Positions 54,732 through 63,272 of a DNA stretch of 64,000 nucleotides are shown here, piece after piece; position 1 is the first letter of the stretch; each line of letters begins with the position of its first letter. Source of the DNA: a virus. Made by a program: the position numbers and the translations under genes. Below the pieces are notes generated by a model. That model was not told the DNA's origin. It worked only from the letters and a program-made list of their open reading frames with translations, and did not search any database. The stretch is from the IMG/VR virus record IMGVR_UViG_3300034069_001731, positions 2,811-66,810 of that record. One strand, given 5' to 3'.

Positions 54732-55781
54732 TTAGTGGATCTCCCCGGTATCGGGGTCGAGCAGCAGTTTTTCACCGAGGATGCCGGCGTTGTTCCGGAT
54801 GACATCTTCGATCCGGCGGGCCACATCGGGGTTCAACCGCAGGAATTGCTTCGCGTTGTCGCGGCCCTGGCCAATGCGCTGCTCCCCGTAGGAGAACCAG
54901 GCACCGCCCTTCTTCACGACGCCAGCGGTGACACCGAGGTCGAGCAGTTCGCCCTCCTTCGAGATGCCCTCACCGAACATGATGTCGAACTCGATCACCT
55001 TGAACGGCGGCGCCAGCTTGTTCTTCACGACCTTGACGCGGGTCATGTTGCCGGTGACCTCGGCCTTGTCCTTGATCGCTTCCGCCTTGCGGATGTCGAG
55101 CCGGATCGAGGCGTAGAACTTCAGGGCGTTGCCGCCCGTGGTCGTCTCCGGCGACCCGTACATGACGCCGATCTTGTGCCGGATCTGGTTGATGAAGATC
55201 ACCAGGGTGTTCGACTTCGAGATGGCGCCGGTCAGCTTGCGGAGCGCCTGGCTCATGAGACGAGCCTGGAGACCGGGGTTCTGGTCGCCCATCTCGCCTT
55301 CGAGTTCCTTCTTCGGCGTCAGCGCCGCGACGGAGTCGATGATGAGGACGTCGACAGCGTTCGACCGGATCATGGTGTCGGCGATCTCGAGCGCCTGCTC
55401 CCCGGTGTCGGGCTGCGAGACCGCGAGTTCGGGGACGTTGACCCCGAGGCGGCTGGCGTAGATCGGGTCAAGCGCATGTTCGGCGTCGATGAAGGCGCAG
55501 AGGCCGCCGAGCTTCTGGGCTTCGGCGATGACGTGCAGGGTCAAGGTCGTCTTGCCCGACGACTCCGGCCCGTAGATCTCGACGATGCGGCCCTTGGGGA
55601 GGCCGCCGATGCCGAGCGCGATATCGAGGCCCAGCGACCCCGTCGAGATAACGTCGACGGGCTCCACCGGGCTGTCGCCCAGCATCATCACGGAGCCTTC
55701 CCCGTGGGCGCGCTTGATCTGCGCCATCGCCGCGAGCAGGTTGGCCTTCTTGGCGTCGGTCGTCTTGGTCTGGGCGGCCAT
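54732..55781 (-). CDS. recA: Recombinase RecA (bacterial, alpha-type)
   Basis: [24 protein letters not shown] and [23 protein letters not shown]. Confidence 0.97.
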   Translation of the reverse strand: MAAQTKTTDAKKANLLAAMAQIKRAHGEGSVMMLGDSPVEPVDVISTGSLGLDIALGIGGLPKGRIVEIYGPESSGKTTLTLHVIAEAQKLGGLCAFIDAEHALDPIYASRLGVNVPELAVSQPDTGEQALEIADTMIRSNAVDVLIIDSVAALTPKKELEGEMGDQNPGLQARLMSQALRKLTGAISKSNTLVIFINQIRHKIGVMYGSPETTTGGNALKFYASIRLDIRKAEAIKDKAEVTGNMTRVKVVKNKLAPPFKVIEFDIMFGEGISKEGELLDLGVTAGVVKKGGAWFSYGEQRIGQGRDNAKQFLRLNPDVARRIEDVIRNNAGILGEKLLLDPDTGEIH

Positions 55782-55786
55782 GGTGT

Positions 55787-56101
55787 TCAGCTCTCCATCG
55801 CGGAGAGATCCGGGGACCTCCCCCGGTTGTCGGTGATCTCGAGTGGCCGGCGGAGAGCGACTTCCCATCCCGGGAAGGCTTCGATCGCGCCGACGATCAG
55901 CGGGCGCAGCACATGCGACACCCAGAGGTGATGGTCTTCGATGATGTCGCCCGTCGGCCGGCCGAGAACGGCCTTGGCGTAGCGGCGCGTCACCGGCTCG
56001 CCGTAGACGGCGATGTCCCAGCTCGCGGGCTCGAAGCCCTTCATCCAGCGTGCCAGGGCGGCACCATGGGCGCGCGATGACGCCACGAGCAGGGCTTTCA
56101 C
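55787..56101 (-). CDS. Hypothetical protein
   Basis: GTG overlaps the upstream TGA; [13 protein letters not shown]... Confidence 0.55.
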   Translation of the reverse strand: MKALLVASSRAHGAALARWMKGFEPASWDIAVYGEPVTRRYAKAVLGRPTGDIIEDHHLWVSHVLRPLIVGAIEAFPGWEVALRRPLEITDNRGRSPDLSAMES

Positions 56102-56472
56102 GAGAACTGCCCCTCGCAGCGGAGGTCGTGGGCGAGGCGCTCGCGGCGCCGGATGGCGATAGCCTCCCAGATCGGGTCCAGGAATTCCGGGTTGTCGCGC
56201 ATCATGCCGATCAGCCCGGTCGCGATGCAGGCGACGGCCGACTCCTCGTCGGTGCTGTCGCCGAGGTTCGAGAAGCGCCAGATCGCATGTAGGATCTCGT
56301 GCAGGTAGGTGTCGACGAGCTGGATTGGCTCCTGCCCCATGTCGACAACGATGTCCGAGGTCTTGCCCAGAAACAGGCCGAGCAGGTCCTCCGGCAGCGG
56401 CACACCCTCGCGGTTCACCGTGACATCGAAGGGTCCGATGCGCAGCGACGAGGGCAGGAAGACCTTTTGCAT
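56098..56472 (-). CDS. HExxH metallopeptidase-like phage protein
   Basis: [12 protein letters not shown]...DEESAV..IATG. Confidence 0.7.
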   Translation of the reverse strand: MQKVFLPSSLRIGPFDVTVNREGVPLPEDLLGLFLGKTSDIVVDMGQEPIQLVDTYLHEILHAIWRFSNLGDSTDEESAVACIATGLIGMMRDNPEFLDPIWEAIAIRRRERLAHDLRCEGQFS

Positions 56473-56512
56473 TCGTGAAGCTCCTTGCCCGACTGTTTTG
56501 CATTCGCGCAAA
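56466..56512 (-). promoter_or_regulatory. Two operator-like motifs upstream of the HExxH-recA unit
   Basis: TTTGC-GCGAAT-GCAAA (56497-56512) and GCTTC-ACGAAT-GCAAA (56466-56481). Confidence 0.6.
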
Positions 56513-56525
56513 GAAAAGTCAAGGT

Positions 56526-56604
56526 TGGTAGCGGAGGTAGGATTTGAACCTACGATCTTCGGTGCATGAAACCGACGGGGACGACCTGACTCCCCTACTC
56601 CGTC
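56526..56604 (-). tRNA. tRNA-Met/Ile2 (CAU), atypical
   Basis: Full cloverleaf with TTCAAAT T-loop and encoded CCA; anticodon loop TT-CAT-GC; A2:C71 mismatch. Confidence 0.8.
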
Positions 56605-56611
56605 ACACTTG

Positions 56612-57367
56612 TCACGGCGTCTGGAGCTGGGCGAGATCCGCCCTGAGCGCGTCCATATCGAACCCCTCGGGGCTCACACCGTTGTTCAGCATCTCCTCCG
56701 ACACGTAGGCCACCGCCTCGTCGGAGTAGCAGTTGAAGAAGTCCATGGTCACGTTCTGGACCTTGCCCCAGGTCACGACGCGAAAGAGGCCGTTCTGGCG
56801 GCCGATGAGCGGGGTGTAGTGGCCGCCCACCGTGTAGGCGCCCTCGACGACATCCCAGGGCTGGCCGGCCTGGAACTGGGGCTGGGCCGTGTTGGGGATC
56901 TGCCAGCCGATGCCGACGGCGCCGAAGAGGTACGCGGCGACCGCGAGTTCCTGGAGGTTGTCGGACTGGATCTGCAGGTAGGCGGCGATCGTGTGCCGGT
57001 TGCCGGCGCTGTCGACCACACCGGTGGTGCGGCGGTACTCGGCTGCCTGGAGAAGGTCGGTACCCTGGTCTGTGCTGGGATCGTTCGGGTCGTAGCCCGT
57101 CGCTGCCGAGTAGTCCGAGAGCACGTTGGCCGTGGTGAAGGTGGCCGTGTTGCCGCCTTCCCGGTTCCAGATCATGGTCTCGTGGGCGGCGCCGGCCCAG
57201 ACACAGTCGCCGGTGCGTTCGTTGCCGAGCACACCCCAGCCGCTGACGAGGCCGCCGTGGCCGAAGTTGGCGGGCGGCGTCGGCAGAGATGAGGCCTTGA
57301 GGTAGGTGCTCATCTTGAGCTTCATCGCACCCGGGCGAGCGGGCTTCTTGCCGTACTTGAAAGTCAT
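56612..57367 (-). CDS. Papain-like cysteine peptidase (putative)
   Basis: GNERTGDCVWAG (Cys), GGHY (His) and VTWG. Confidence 0.65.
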   Translation of the reverse strand: MTFKYGKKPARPGAMKLKMSTYLKASSLPTPPANFGHGGLVSGWGVLGNERTGDCVWAGAAHETMIWNREGGNTATFTTANVLSDYSAATGYDPNDPSTDQGTDLLQAAEYRRTTGVVDSAGNRHTIAAYLQIQSDNLQELAVAAYLFGAVGIGWQIPNTAQPQFQAGQPWDVVEGAYTVGGHYTPLIGRQNGLFRVVTWGKVQNVTMDFFNCYSDEAVAYVSEEMLNNGVSPEGFDMDALRADLAQLQTP

Positions 57368-57411
57368 CGGTGGCCTTAGGTGCCCTAAAAAGGGGAGTCA
57401 TGGGCTCGAAT

Positions 57412-57486
57412 TGGCTGCCCCGGCAGGGATCGAACCTGCGACGCGCGGTTCTTCAAACCGCCGCTCTACCTCTGAGCTACTGGGCA
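57412..57486 (-). tRNA. tRNA-Phe (GAA)
   Basis: Cloverleaf; loop TT-GAA-GA; CCA encoded. Confidence 0.88.
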
Positions 57487-57487
57487 A

Positions 57488-57563
57488 TGGCTCCGGGTCC
57501 AGGGCTCGAACCTGGGACCTTCGCGTCCAGAGCGCGACGTTGTACCAGCTCAACTAACCCGGA
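57488..57563 (-). tRNA. tRNA-Gln (CUG)
   Basis: Cloverleaf; loop CT-CTG-GA; U1-A72, G73, CCA. Confidence 0.9.
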
Positions 57564-57583
57564 AAACCTGGAAACTGGAAATC

Positions 57584-57673
57584 TGGAGGAAAGAGTGGGA
57601 TTCGAACCCACGGAAGCCTCGCGGCCCCAGCGGTTTTCGAGACCGCCGCCTTCAGCCTCTCGGCCACCTTTCC
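57584..57673 (-). tRNA. tRNA-Ser (CGA)
   Basis: Long variable arm; loop CT-CGA-AA; CCA. Confidence 0.9.
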
Positions 57674-57681
57674 TCGAACTC

Positions 57682-57755
57682 TGGCACCGGCCGTAGGGAT
57701 CGAACCCACCTCTCGCGGGTTGGAGCCGCGGGCCCAGCCACTAGACCAGACCGAT
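57682..57755 (-). tRNA. tRNA-Trp (CCA)
   Basis: Cloverleaf rich in G-U pairs; loop CT-CCA-AC; G73, CCA. Confidence 0.82.
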
Positions 57756-57845
57756 GCGATGCCCGTTCGGGCAAGATCTATCGCACGGCGTCGGGGTACA
57801 TCCGCCCGGCACCGCGCTCTGCCACTTCGACCAAAAGACGGTCGA

Positions 57846-58394
57846 TCAGCGACCACTCGGGCCAGTCGGCCCATTCAGTCCAGGGGGCAGGTAAGTCGTG
57901 CCTGCGCCTGTTGGGCCATTGCTCCAAGAAGCGCCGACTGGTCCAACCAGCCACGCCGGCTCCAAGGGAACGTTCGACGTCGCCCGACGTCCGTTGGGCA
58001 AAAGGCGGGGAGCATTCCGGTCGAGCCACGCCTTGAAGCTTAACGGCCGTGCCTCGGCCAGGAAGGTTACGGCAGCGATCGAGGTCTGAGGGACCGTCGA
58101 CAGATCGATCCGAGACGGTGTGGCGTTCGGCTCCGCATAGACCGCATCGATGTCGATGGGAAAATCGGTGCCGATCTCGACCCTCTCAGTCCAAGGCTCC
58201 GCTGGTCCACCTGCCTCGGCGATCTCGATCTCATCGATCGCGCGGACCGCGTCCCAGGCATTCTTCGCGACGATCTGCGTGTCGTCGTCGTCTCCATTGG
58301 TTTCAGCCAGGGTGCGGCCGTCGGCCAGCTCGTGGAGCTGGTAGGCGCCATACCGGAGAACTTGTCGATGCGGACCTGGAACTCGCTTCACCAT
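57846..58394 (-). CDS. Hypothetical protein, paralog of 59398-59889 (true C-terminus may lie in the 57778 frame)
   Basis: Shared Y.AY..H...DG...AE.....DDTQ.V motif. Confidence 0.65.
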   Translation of the reverse strand: MVKRVPGPHRQVLRYGAYQLHELADGRTLAETNGDDDDTQIVAKNAWDAVRAIDEIEIAEAGGPAEPWTERVEIGTDFPIDIDAVYAEPNATPSRIDLSTVPQTSIAAVTFLAEARPLSFKAWLDRNAPRLLPNGRRATSNVPLEPAWLVGPVGASWSNGPTGAGTTYLPPGLNGPTGPSGR

Positions 58395-58439
58395 GGCATG
58401 TCTCCCATATCAGGGAGACACACCCATCGGAGGTCACTG

Positions 58440-58754
58440 TCAAGACCTCCCAGCCTTGAGCTGCAACTCTTCCTCCATCATCAGCGGGGTCTCGTAGACC
58501 GCTCCGCATGAGATGCTGTCGGCCTTGCCGCGCCTCGGGCAGCTCGGGGTCACCAAGCTCAAGAGGTGGGGCAGCACGACGTTGCCGTGGGCCGCGATGA
58601 GTTCGCGGATCGGCACCGTTGCGCTGAAGCCGCAGGGGGCACAAACGATGGTGACCTCATCGCGTTGCAGCGCGAGGAGGTCTGAAAGACGATGGCCGGT
58701 GTAGCGGTAAGTGTCGGTCAAGGGCTTCGAATCAGCGACGCTCACTCCCACCAC
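58440..58754 (-). CDS. Small zinc-ribbon-like protein
   Basis: CAPC...CPRRG...SCGAVY. Confidence 0.7.
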   Translation of the reverse strand: MVGVSVADSKPLTDTYRYTGHRLSDLLALQRDEVTIVCAPCGFSATVPIRELIAAHGNVVLPHLLSLVTPSCPRRGKADSISCGAVYETPLMMEEELQLKAGRS

Positions 58755-59326
58755 TGACGAGGCACGAAAATCGCAGCGACAGCTGTGCCGCCCAAAAGTG
58801 GAATAGCGACGGGTGTTGCTACCACTGCTGCGACAGCTCCAAGGGCTCCGCCGGCCATTACGATCATGGTCCGCACCTGGAAGCGCTTGGCGCGCCTCGC
58901 CTCGTCAACCGCCTCGATCTGCTTCCGGAGCTTCTCCTCTGCTTCCCTCTCCGCGGAGTAACGCGTAAAATTCGGCGTGCAGTCGAAGCTGTTGTCAGCC
59001 ACGGTGGAAATGAGCATCAGGGCAGAGCTGGCGAAGACACGGCGACCGTCTCGTTCGTCTCGATCAAAGTAAGGCGGCACACGGACCACACGATCCGTAT
59101 TGGCGACGACATCCTTAATCCAAACATCATCACGGCCAGCGGTGCCGTATTTCTCGTGCTCTTCAAGCTTCTTGATCGCGCGAAAAACCGACCAGAATTC
59201 AGGACCTTCAAGATCGGTGAGGTCTTCAGCGTACTTCGAGACCGCGACGGTCTTGCCCAGCTGGGGCTGAATCAGCCAATTTCCGATCTCGTAATTGGCT
59301 TTACCATCCTCGGGATCGTATGCCAT
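58742..59326 (-). CDS. Lower-GC hypothetical protein with C-terminal TM anchor
   Basis: AT-rich codons; hydrophobic C-terminus. Confidence 0.7.
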   Translation of the reverse strand: MAYDPEDGKANYEIGNWLIQPQLGKTVAVSKYAEDLTDLEGPEFWSVFRAIKKLEEHEKYGTAGRDDVWIKDVVANTDRVVRVPPYFDRDERDGRRVFASSALMLISTVADNSFDCTPNFTRYSAEREAEEKLRKQIEAVDEARRAKRFQVRTMIVMAGGALGAVAAVVATPVAIPLLGGTAVAAIFVPRQWWE

Positions 59327-59397
59327 CAGCCCCTCCCATCATGGGGCTGAGTATGACCGGGGTTTTCGTCCCAGACAAGGGACGACGGACGATGAAT

Positions 59398-59889
59398 TTA
59401 TGCGCTGACAACCCACTCGCGCACCCCCAGCTCGACGGTCGTGTCGGTCCACGAGAAGCGGCGCTCGATCTCGCTCGGCATCAGGGTCCAGAGCATGTTG
59501 TTCGCGAGAGCCTTCTCGATGGTCAACTCGCTGTGCGAGTTCGCCAGGAGGATTTCCCGTGTCGCCTGAGCGCTGATCTCGACGTGCATCGGGGCGGGCG
59601 GCGCTATAGGCGCGCTCCGGACCGGCTCCGCGGACGGCAGATAGACGATTTCGTCGGGCGCGTTCAGGTATCGCATCGCCCAGTCGGGGATGTCGGGCAT
59701 CTGGAGGTCGCCGAGGTCGGCGAGAAGGTCGAGAGCCGCGAACAGCTCCGGGAGATCGCGGGACACGAACTGCGTGTCGTCGTTCTGGTCTTCCGGTTCG
59801 GCGATCCAGGTGCCGTCATCGCCCTGATGGACGGTGTAGGCGGCGTAGTGGATCGCAAACTTCAGTCTCGGATCAGCCACTTCAGCCAT
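59398..59889 (-). CDS. Hypothetical protein, paralog of 57846-58394
   Basis: HYAAYTVHQGDDGTWIAEPEDQNDDTQFV. Confidence 0.72.
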   Translation of the reverse strand: MAEVADPRLKFAIHYAAYTVHQGDDGTWIAEPEDQNDDTQFVSRDLPELFAALDLLADLGDLQMPDIPDWAMRYLNAPDEIVYLPSAEPVRSAPIAPPAPMHVEISAQATREILLANSHSELTIEKALANNMLWTLMPSEIERRFSWTDTTVELGVREWVVSA

Positions 59890-59965
59890 GAACGCCCCCG
59901 GGGAGCGATGATCATAGCGCGCCGCAGCCTGACGGCAACGACCTAATTTAGCTCATCCACAGAAA

Positions 59966-60125
59966 TGGCTCGGCTGGGGATGTCCACCCCTTCCCTGCTG
60001 GGCCGTCCAGCGCCTGGCTGCGCGAGGAGGACACGGCGTATCCGCCTGGTGTGTCCAACAGTGCCAGCACGAGGGAATATGCCTCCCGGATACGGGATCC
60101 TGCAGTGATCGTTCTCGTGGCCCAA
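59966..60125 (-). ncRNA. Candidate novel structured RNA immediately downstream of tRNA-Asn
   Basis: Helices TTGGGC/GCCCAG, CACGAG/CTCGTG, TCCCG-TATC-CGGGA, GGACAC..GGCG-GATA-CGCC-GTGTCC and GGGG-TGGACAT-CCCC; ends GAGCCA. Confidence 0.5.
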
Positions 60126-60127
60126 TG

Positions 60128-60203
60128 TGGCTGCCCGACCAGGAATCGAACCTGGAACCACCTCGTTAACAGCGAGGCGCTCTACCTGTTGAGCTATCAG
60201 ACA
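60128..60203 (-). tRNA. tRNA-Asn (GUU)
   Basis: Cloverleaf; loop CT-GTT-AA; G73, CCA. Confidence 0.92.
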
Positions 60204-60263
60204 CCGAAGCGGACCGTGTGGGAGACAATCATCTCCAACCACACCATTCCGCAGCGTAGAGGG

Positions 60264-60292
60264 TTTATACCAGCTGTGTTCATTTTTGTCAA
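60264..60292 (-). promoter_or_regulatory. Near-consensus sigma70 promoter for the tRNA-Asn unit
   Basis: TTGACA (60292-60287), 17 nt spacer, TATAAA (60269-60264). Confidence 0.85.
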
Positions 60293-60324
60293 CCCCCTCT
60301 TTTCGGGGGAAGTCAAGCGCCGTT

Positions 60325-60792
60325 TCAGCCCCGGGCTGCGGCAATTTGTGCCCGGAGTCGCGCTTCCTGGATCCTGGCCTCACCCCAGCCTTCGACCACG
60401 GCCGCCATCTCGTGCTGATCGAAGGTCGATACGTTGGTGGCCCGTATCGCGACCTTGAAGACGTCGTCCATGGCGACCACCGGGACGTCGTACCATCCGT
60501 GCCCGATGAGCTTGTTGGCCTTGGTCAGGAGTCGGATGCATTCCCCTTCGAGCTGGAAGGCGAGCAACGACGGCGCCCACAGGATCCGCTGGATCTTCAG
60601 CGTCTCCGGGTTGCCGTGCTGCAGCTCCATGACGCGACGGCGCGGGTCCGGGGTGACGCCGAGCTTCACCGGCCACTGCTTCGGGGCCGACAGCGCATAG
60701 ACCGCACTGTAGCCGTCGACCTCATGGAGGCCATGATCGTCACCGGCGAACCAGGTGATGTCCGACGACCTCCGCTTCAGTCCCTTCGCCAT
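60325..60792 (-). CDS. GIY-YIG-like nuclease (T5orf172/MUG113 type)
   Basis: AVYAL......VKLGVT.DP.RR..ELQHGNPE.L; E......L and GWY. Confidence 0.75.
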   Translation of the reverse strand: MAKGLKRRSSDITWFAGDDHGLHEVDGYSAVYALSAPKQWPVKLGVTPDPRRRVMELQHGNPETLKIQRILWAPSLLAFQLEGECIRLLTKANKLIGHGWYDVPVVAMDDVFKVAIRATNVSTFDQHEMAAVVEGWGEARIQEARLRAQIAAARG

Positions 60793-61019
60793 GGGCTGTC
60801 CTCCCCGTACCGCTTGATGTGCCGACTCCTGGGCTTCCCATCGGCATCGAGGACGTCGCGATCGTCGCGCAGGACGTGGATCTGGCCGAGCCCGTTGGCG
60901 AAGAGCTGCAGGAGATCCACGAGTTCCGGGATCGTTGCGTCAGGCTTGATGTCGACCACGACCTCCACCCAGGGATCGGGCGCCTCGGGTGCGACGACGC
61001 GCTTCGAGAACCAGCTCAT
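60777..61019 (-). CDS. Hypothetical protein
   Basis: ATGA-coupled; MSWFSKRVV... Confidence 0.55.
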   Translation of the reverse strand: MSWFSKRVVAPEAPDPWVEVVVDIKPDATIPELVDLLQLFANGLGQIHVLRDDRDVLDADGKPRSRHIKRYGEDSPWRRD

Positions 61020-61315
61020 CGGGTCATCCCTTCGATGATCGCGTCGGCGACGCGTTCGGAGTGCTGCATCTGCTTGACCCAAGTCCTCCACTCCTTGTTG
61101 TAGTACCGGACCGCGACCTCGACCGGCGCCTGGTTCCAGTGGACCTGGCGGTCCTGGACGGCGTCATCGACGATGACGAGGTGGCCCCAATGGACCGGAC
61201 GGTCGCCGAACCACTCGATCTTGCCGGGCTCGGAGCCGTCGGTGTGGAGGCAGATCTCTCCCCAGATGTCGGAGTGCATCCAGCACACCCCTTTGAGGTC
61301 CTTGGCGGTGATCAT
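61016..61315 (-). CDS. Hypothetical Trp-rich protein
   Basis: ATGA-coupled; high GC3. Confidence 0.6.
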   Translation of the reverse strand: MITAKDLKGVCWMHSDIWGEICLHTDGSEPGKIEWFGDRPVHWGHLVIVDDAVQDRQVHWNQAPVEVAVRYYNKEWRTWVKQMQHSERVADAIIEGMTR

Positions 61316-61641
61316 GGTGTCGCTCCGTCGATGAGGGCGGCCACGAGCGCGGCCGGCGGGACGTGGCGGCCTTCGGCGTGGTCGAAGATGCGCAGCCGCA
61401 GCCGGCGCAGGTACCGGTCCTGGGCCGTCGAGGCGTCGATGATGGAGAACCGGTTCCGGACGTAGGGCCGCAGTTCCCGCATCGCGATCGCGATGCCGCG
61501 CTCCGTGCTGACGAAGTCGCGGCCGGCGCGGGCCGCTTCCTCCGACACGATGGACCGGATCCGGTCGAACAGGAGATCACCCTGGCGCCGATGCTCCATG
61601 GCGCGCAGGACGTCGTCGAAGCTCTGGCCCGACTCGATCAC
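61312..61641 (-). CDS. Hypothetical protein
   Basis: GTG overlaps the upstream TGA; MIESGQSFDDVL... Confidence 0.6.
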   Translation of the reverse strand: MIESGQSFDDVLRAMEHRRQGDLLFDRIRSIVSEEAARAGRDFVSTERGIAIAMRELRPYVRNRFSIIDASTAQDRYLRRLRLRIFDHAEGRHVPPAALVAALIDGATP

Positions 61642-62036
61642 AGCACCACGACCGAGTTGAACCGGTGGCGGTAGTCCTTGAGCCACTGCGTCGCCTTCTC
61701 GAGGAACCCGCGATCCATGGCGACGGAACAGATCATGACGAGCTTGTCGAAGCGACGGCCCGTCAGGGCGTCGCCGATCACGATGGGCGTCCAGCGGTCG
61801 CGATCGAGCCCGAAGGCCCGGATGAACCGCTCCGCGTCGGGGCGGTGCTCGCACAGGACCGCGTTGACCGGCAGCGGCATGTGGGCCATCCGCGGGGACA
61901 CCGCGGGGTGAACCATCAGCTCGTCCAGCTCGGCGCGCGACACGGACTCGGCCATGCCGGGGAAGTCGAGCACGGTGCCGTTCGGGACCGGATCGGGATT
62001 GGCGGAGGCGCTCAGCATGCCGGCCATGGCGGTCAC
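61638..62036 (-). CDS. Hypothetical protein
   Basis: Coupled ORF; IVIGDALTGRRFDKLV. Confidence 0.6.
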   Translation of the reverse strand: MTAMAGMLSASANPDPVPNGTVLDFPGMAESVSRAELDELMVHPAVSPRMAHMPLPVNAVLCEHRPDAERFIRAFGLDRDRWTPIVIGDALTGRRFDKLVMICSVAMDRGFLEKATQWLKDYRHRFNSVVVL

Positions 62037-62218
62037 TTCTTCTTCGAGGTGCCGGCAGCGACGCGGCTCAGGGCGGCGGCCTTCTGACCGGCGTGCTTCT
62101 GCACGGCGCTCATGCGGCTGCGGTCGGCCCGGATGGCGTCAGCGCGGGTCAGGGTGTCGAGGTCGGACTCGGTGCGCCACTGCTTCTGCTCGGCGCTCAT
62201 TCGGGGTGCTTTGGCCAT
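62033..62218 (-). CDS. Small basic hypothetical protein
   Basis: MAKAPRMSAEQKQWRTESDLDTL..A..I.AD..R. Confidence 0.6.
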   Translation of the reverse strand: MAKAPRMSAEQKQWRTESDLDTLTRADAIRADRSRMSAVQKHAGQKAAALSRVAAGTSKKK

Positions 62219-62232
62219 GGGGGTCTCGGGTG

Positions 62233-62604
62233 TTATTCGAGGCCGAGCTTGGTGCGGGTCTCGAGGTCGGCGGTGGCGGGGTCGATCGCCCGGAACTCCG
62301 ACACGAGGTCGAAGGGCGCCGGGGGCCGATGCGGCGGGATACCGGACCGGTGCGCGAAGGCGGTGACGTGGGCGAAGGGCTTGTGGTGCGGGACCGGAGC
62401 TTTCGGCATCGGGACGCCGAGGGCATCGTGAATCCTGGCGCGGGCGGCGGCGACGCAGTCCTCGAAGGCTTCGATCGACCGGGTGGCGCCGGCGGGACCG
62501 GGAAGCAGGCTGATGTCGACCTGCATGCGGAAGAAGGGGTCGTTCAGTTCGGGCATGATGACGTCTCGGTGATCCCCGATGGCCCACAAATCGCGGGGCA
62601 TCAT
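62233..62604 (-). CDS. Hypothetical protein
   Basis: High GC3 ORF. Confidence 0.55.
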   Translation of the reverse strand: MMPRDLWAIGDHRDVIMPELNDPFFRMQVDISLLPGPAGATRSIEAFEDCVAAARARIHDALGVPMPKAPVPHHKPFAHVTAFAHRSGIPPHRPPAPFDLVSEFRAIDPATADLETRTKLGLE

Positions 62605-62703
62605 CCAAGCTGATATTCATTGAGTGCGAAGCACTCGCGATTTTTTTTCCAGAGGAGGTTGTGACTACATTGTGGCAGTCCGCCTCCAACACTGTGGCTG
62701 ATC

Positions 62704-62997
62704 TCAGCCGCAGCTGTGTTTTTCGGTCCCGAGGGCGACCAGAAGCCCTGCCGTGAAGGCGATGGTGTCGCCCAGAGCCTTGTCATCGGCGTCGAGCATC
62801 TCCACGATCTCGAGGTCGAGGGCGCTGACGGCACCAGCGATGCGCTCCGGAAGGGCGCCCAGGGGCAGCGGGACGCGGTCGGACGCGGTGCTGTCGATCA
62901 CCGCGGCAGCGAGGCAGACGGAGATGATTGCCGGGGTGCGCTCGTATCCTTCGGCGACGAAGCCGAAGCGCTGCATGAGCTTCTCGTAGGTCGACAT
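62704..62997 (-). CDS. Small helical protein, paralog array member 4
   Basis: TGATG-coupled start MSTYEKLMQRFG; ends GLLVALGTE. Confidence 0.65.
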   Translation of the reverse strand: MSTYEKLMQRFGFVAEGYERTPAIISVCLAAAVIDSTASDRVPLPLGALPERIAGAVSALDLEIVEMLDADDKALGDTIAFTAGLLVALGTEKHSCG

Positions 62998-63272
62998 CAG
63001 TTGTGCCATTCCGTTGTGAGGCAGCTCAGCATGCCGAGCACCGTGGCCATCAGGGTGAGGTTGAGGTTGGCATCGAGGCGAAGGCGCCTCAGATCCTCGG
63101 GCGGCAGCGACGCGAAGCCCGCGTTGACCGCTTGATCGATCGTCTGCGCGGTGTCTGCCTTCATGGCATCGAGACCGGCGGAGCAGATCTGCACCGCGAT
63201 ATCGAGACCCTTGTTGTGCCGGTCCGGCATGATGCCGAAGCGCTTCCGGAGCCGGTTCAAACGCTCCGTCAC
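62997..63272 (-). CDS. Small helical protein, paralog array member 3
   Basis: LRKRFGI...GMLSCLTTE. Confidence 0.65.
   Translation of the reverse strand: MTERLNRLRKRFGIMPDRHNKGLDIAVQICSAGLDAMKADTAQTIDQAVNAGFASLPPEDLRRLRLDANLNLTLMATVLGMLSCLTTEWHN

Noticed and set aside
57564-57584. CTGGAAAC-like repeats between tRNA-Gln and tRNA-Ser resembling the att arm repeats
   Set aside because: Short, far from any integrase or core; probably chance or a tRNA spacer motif
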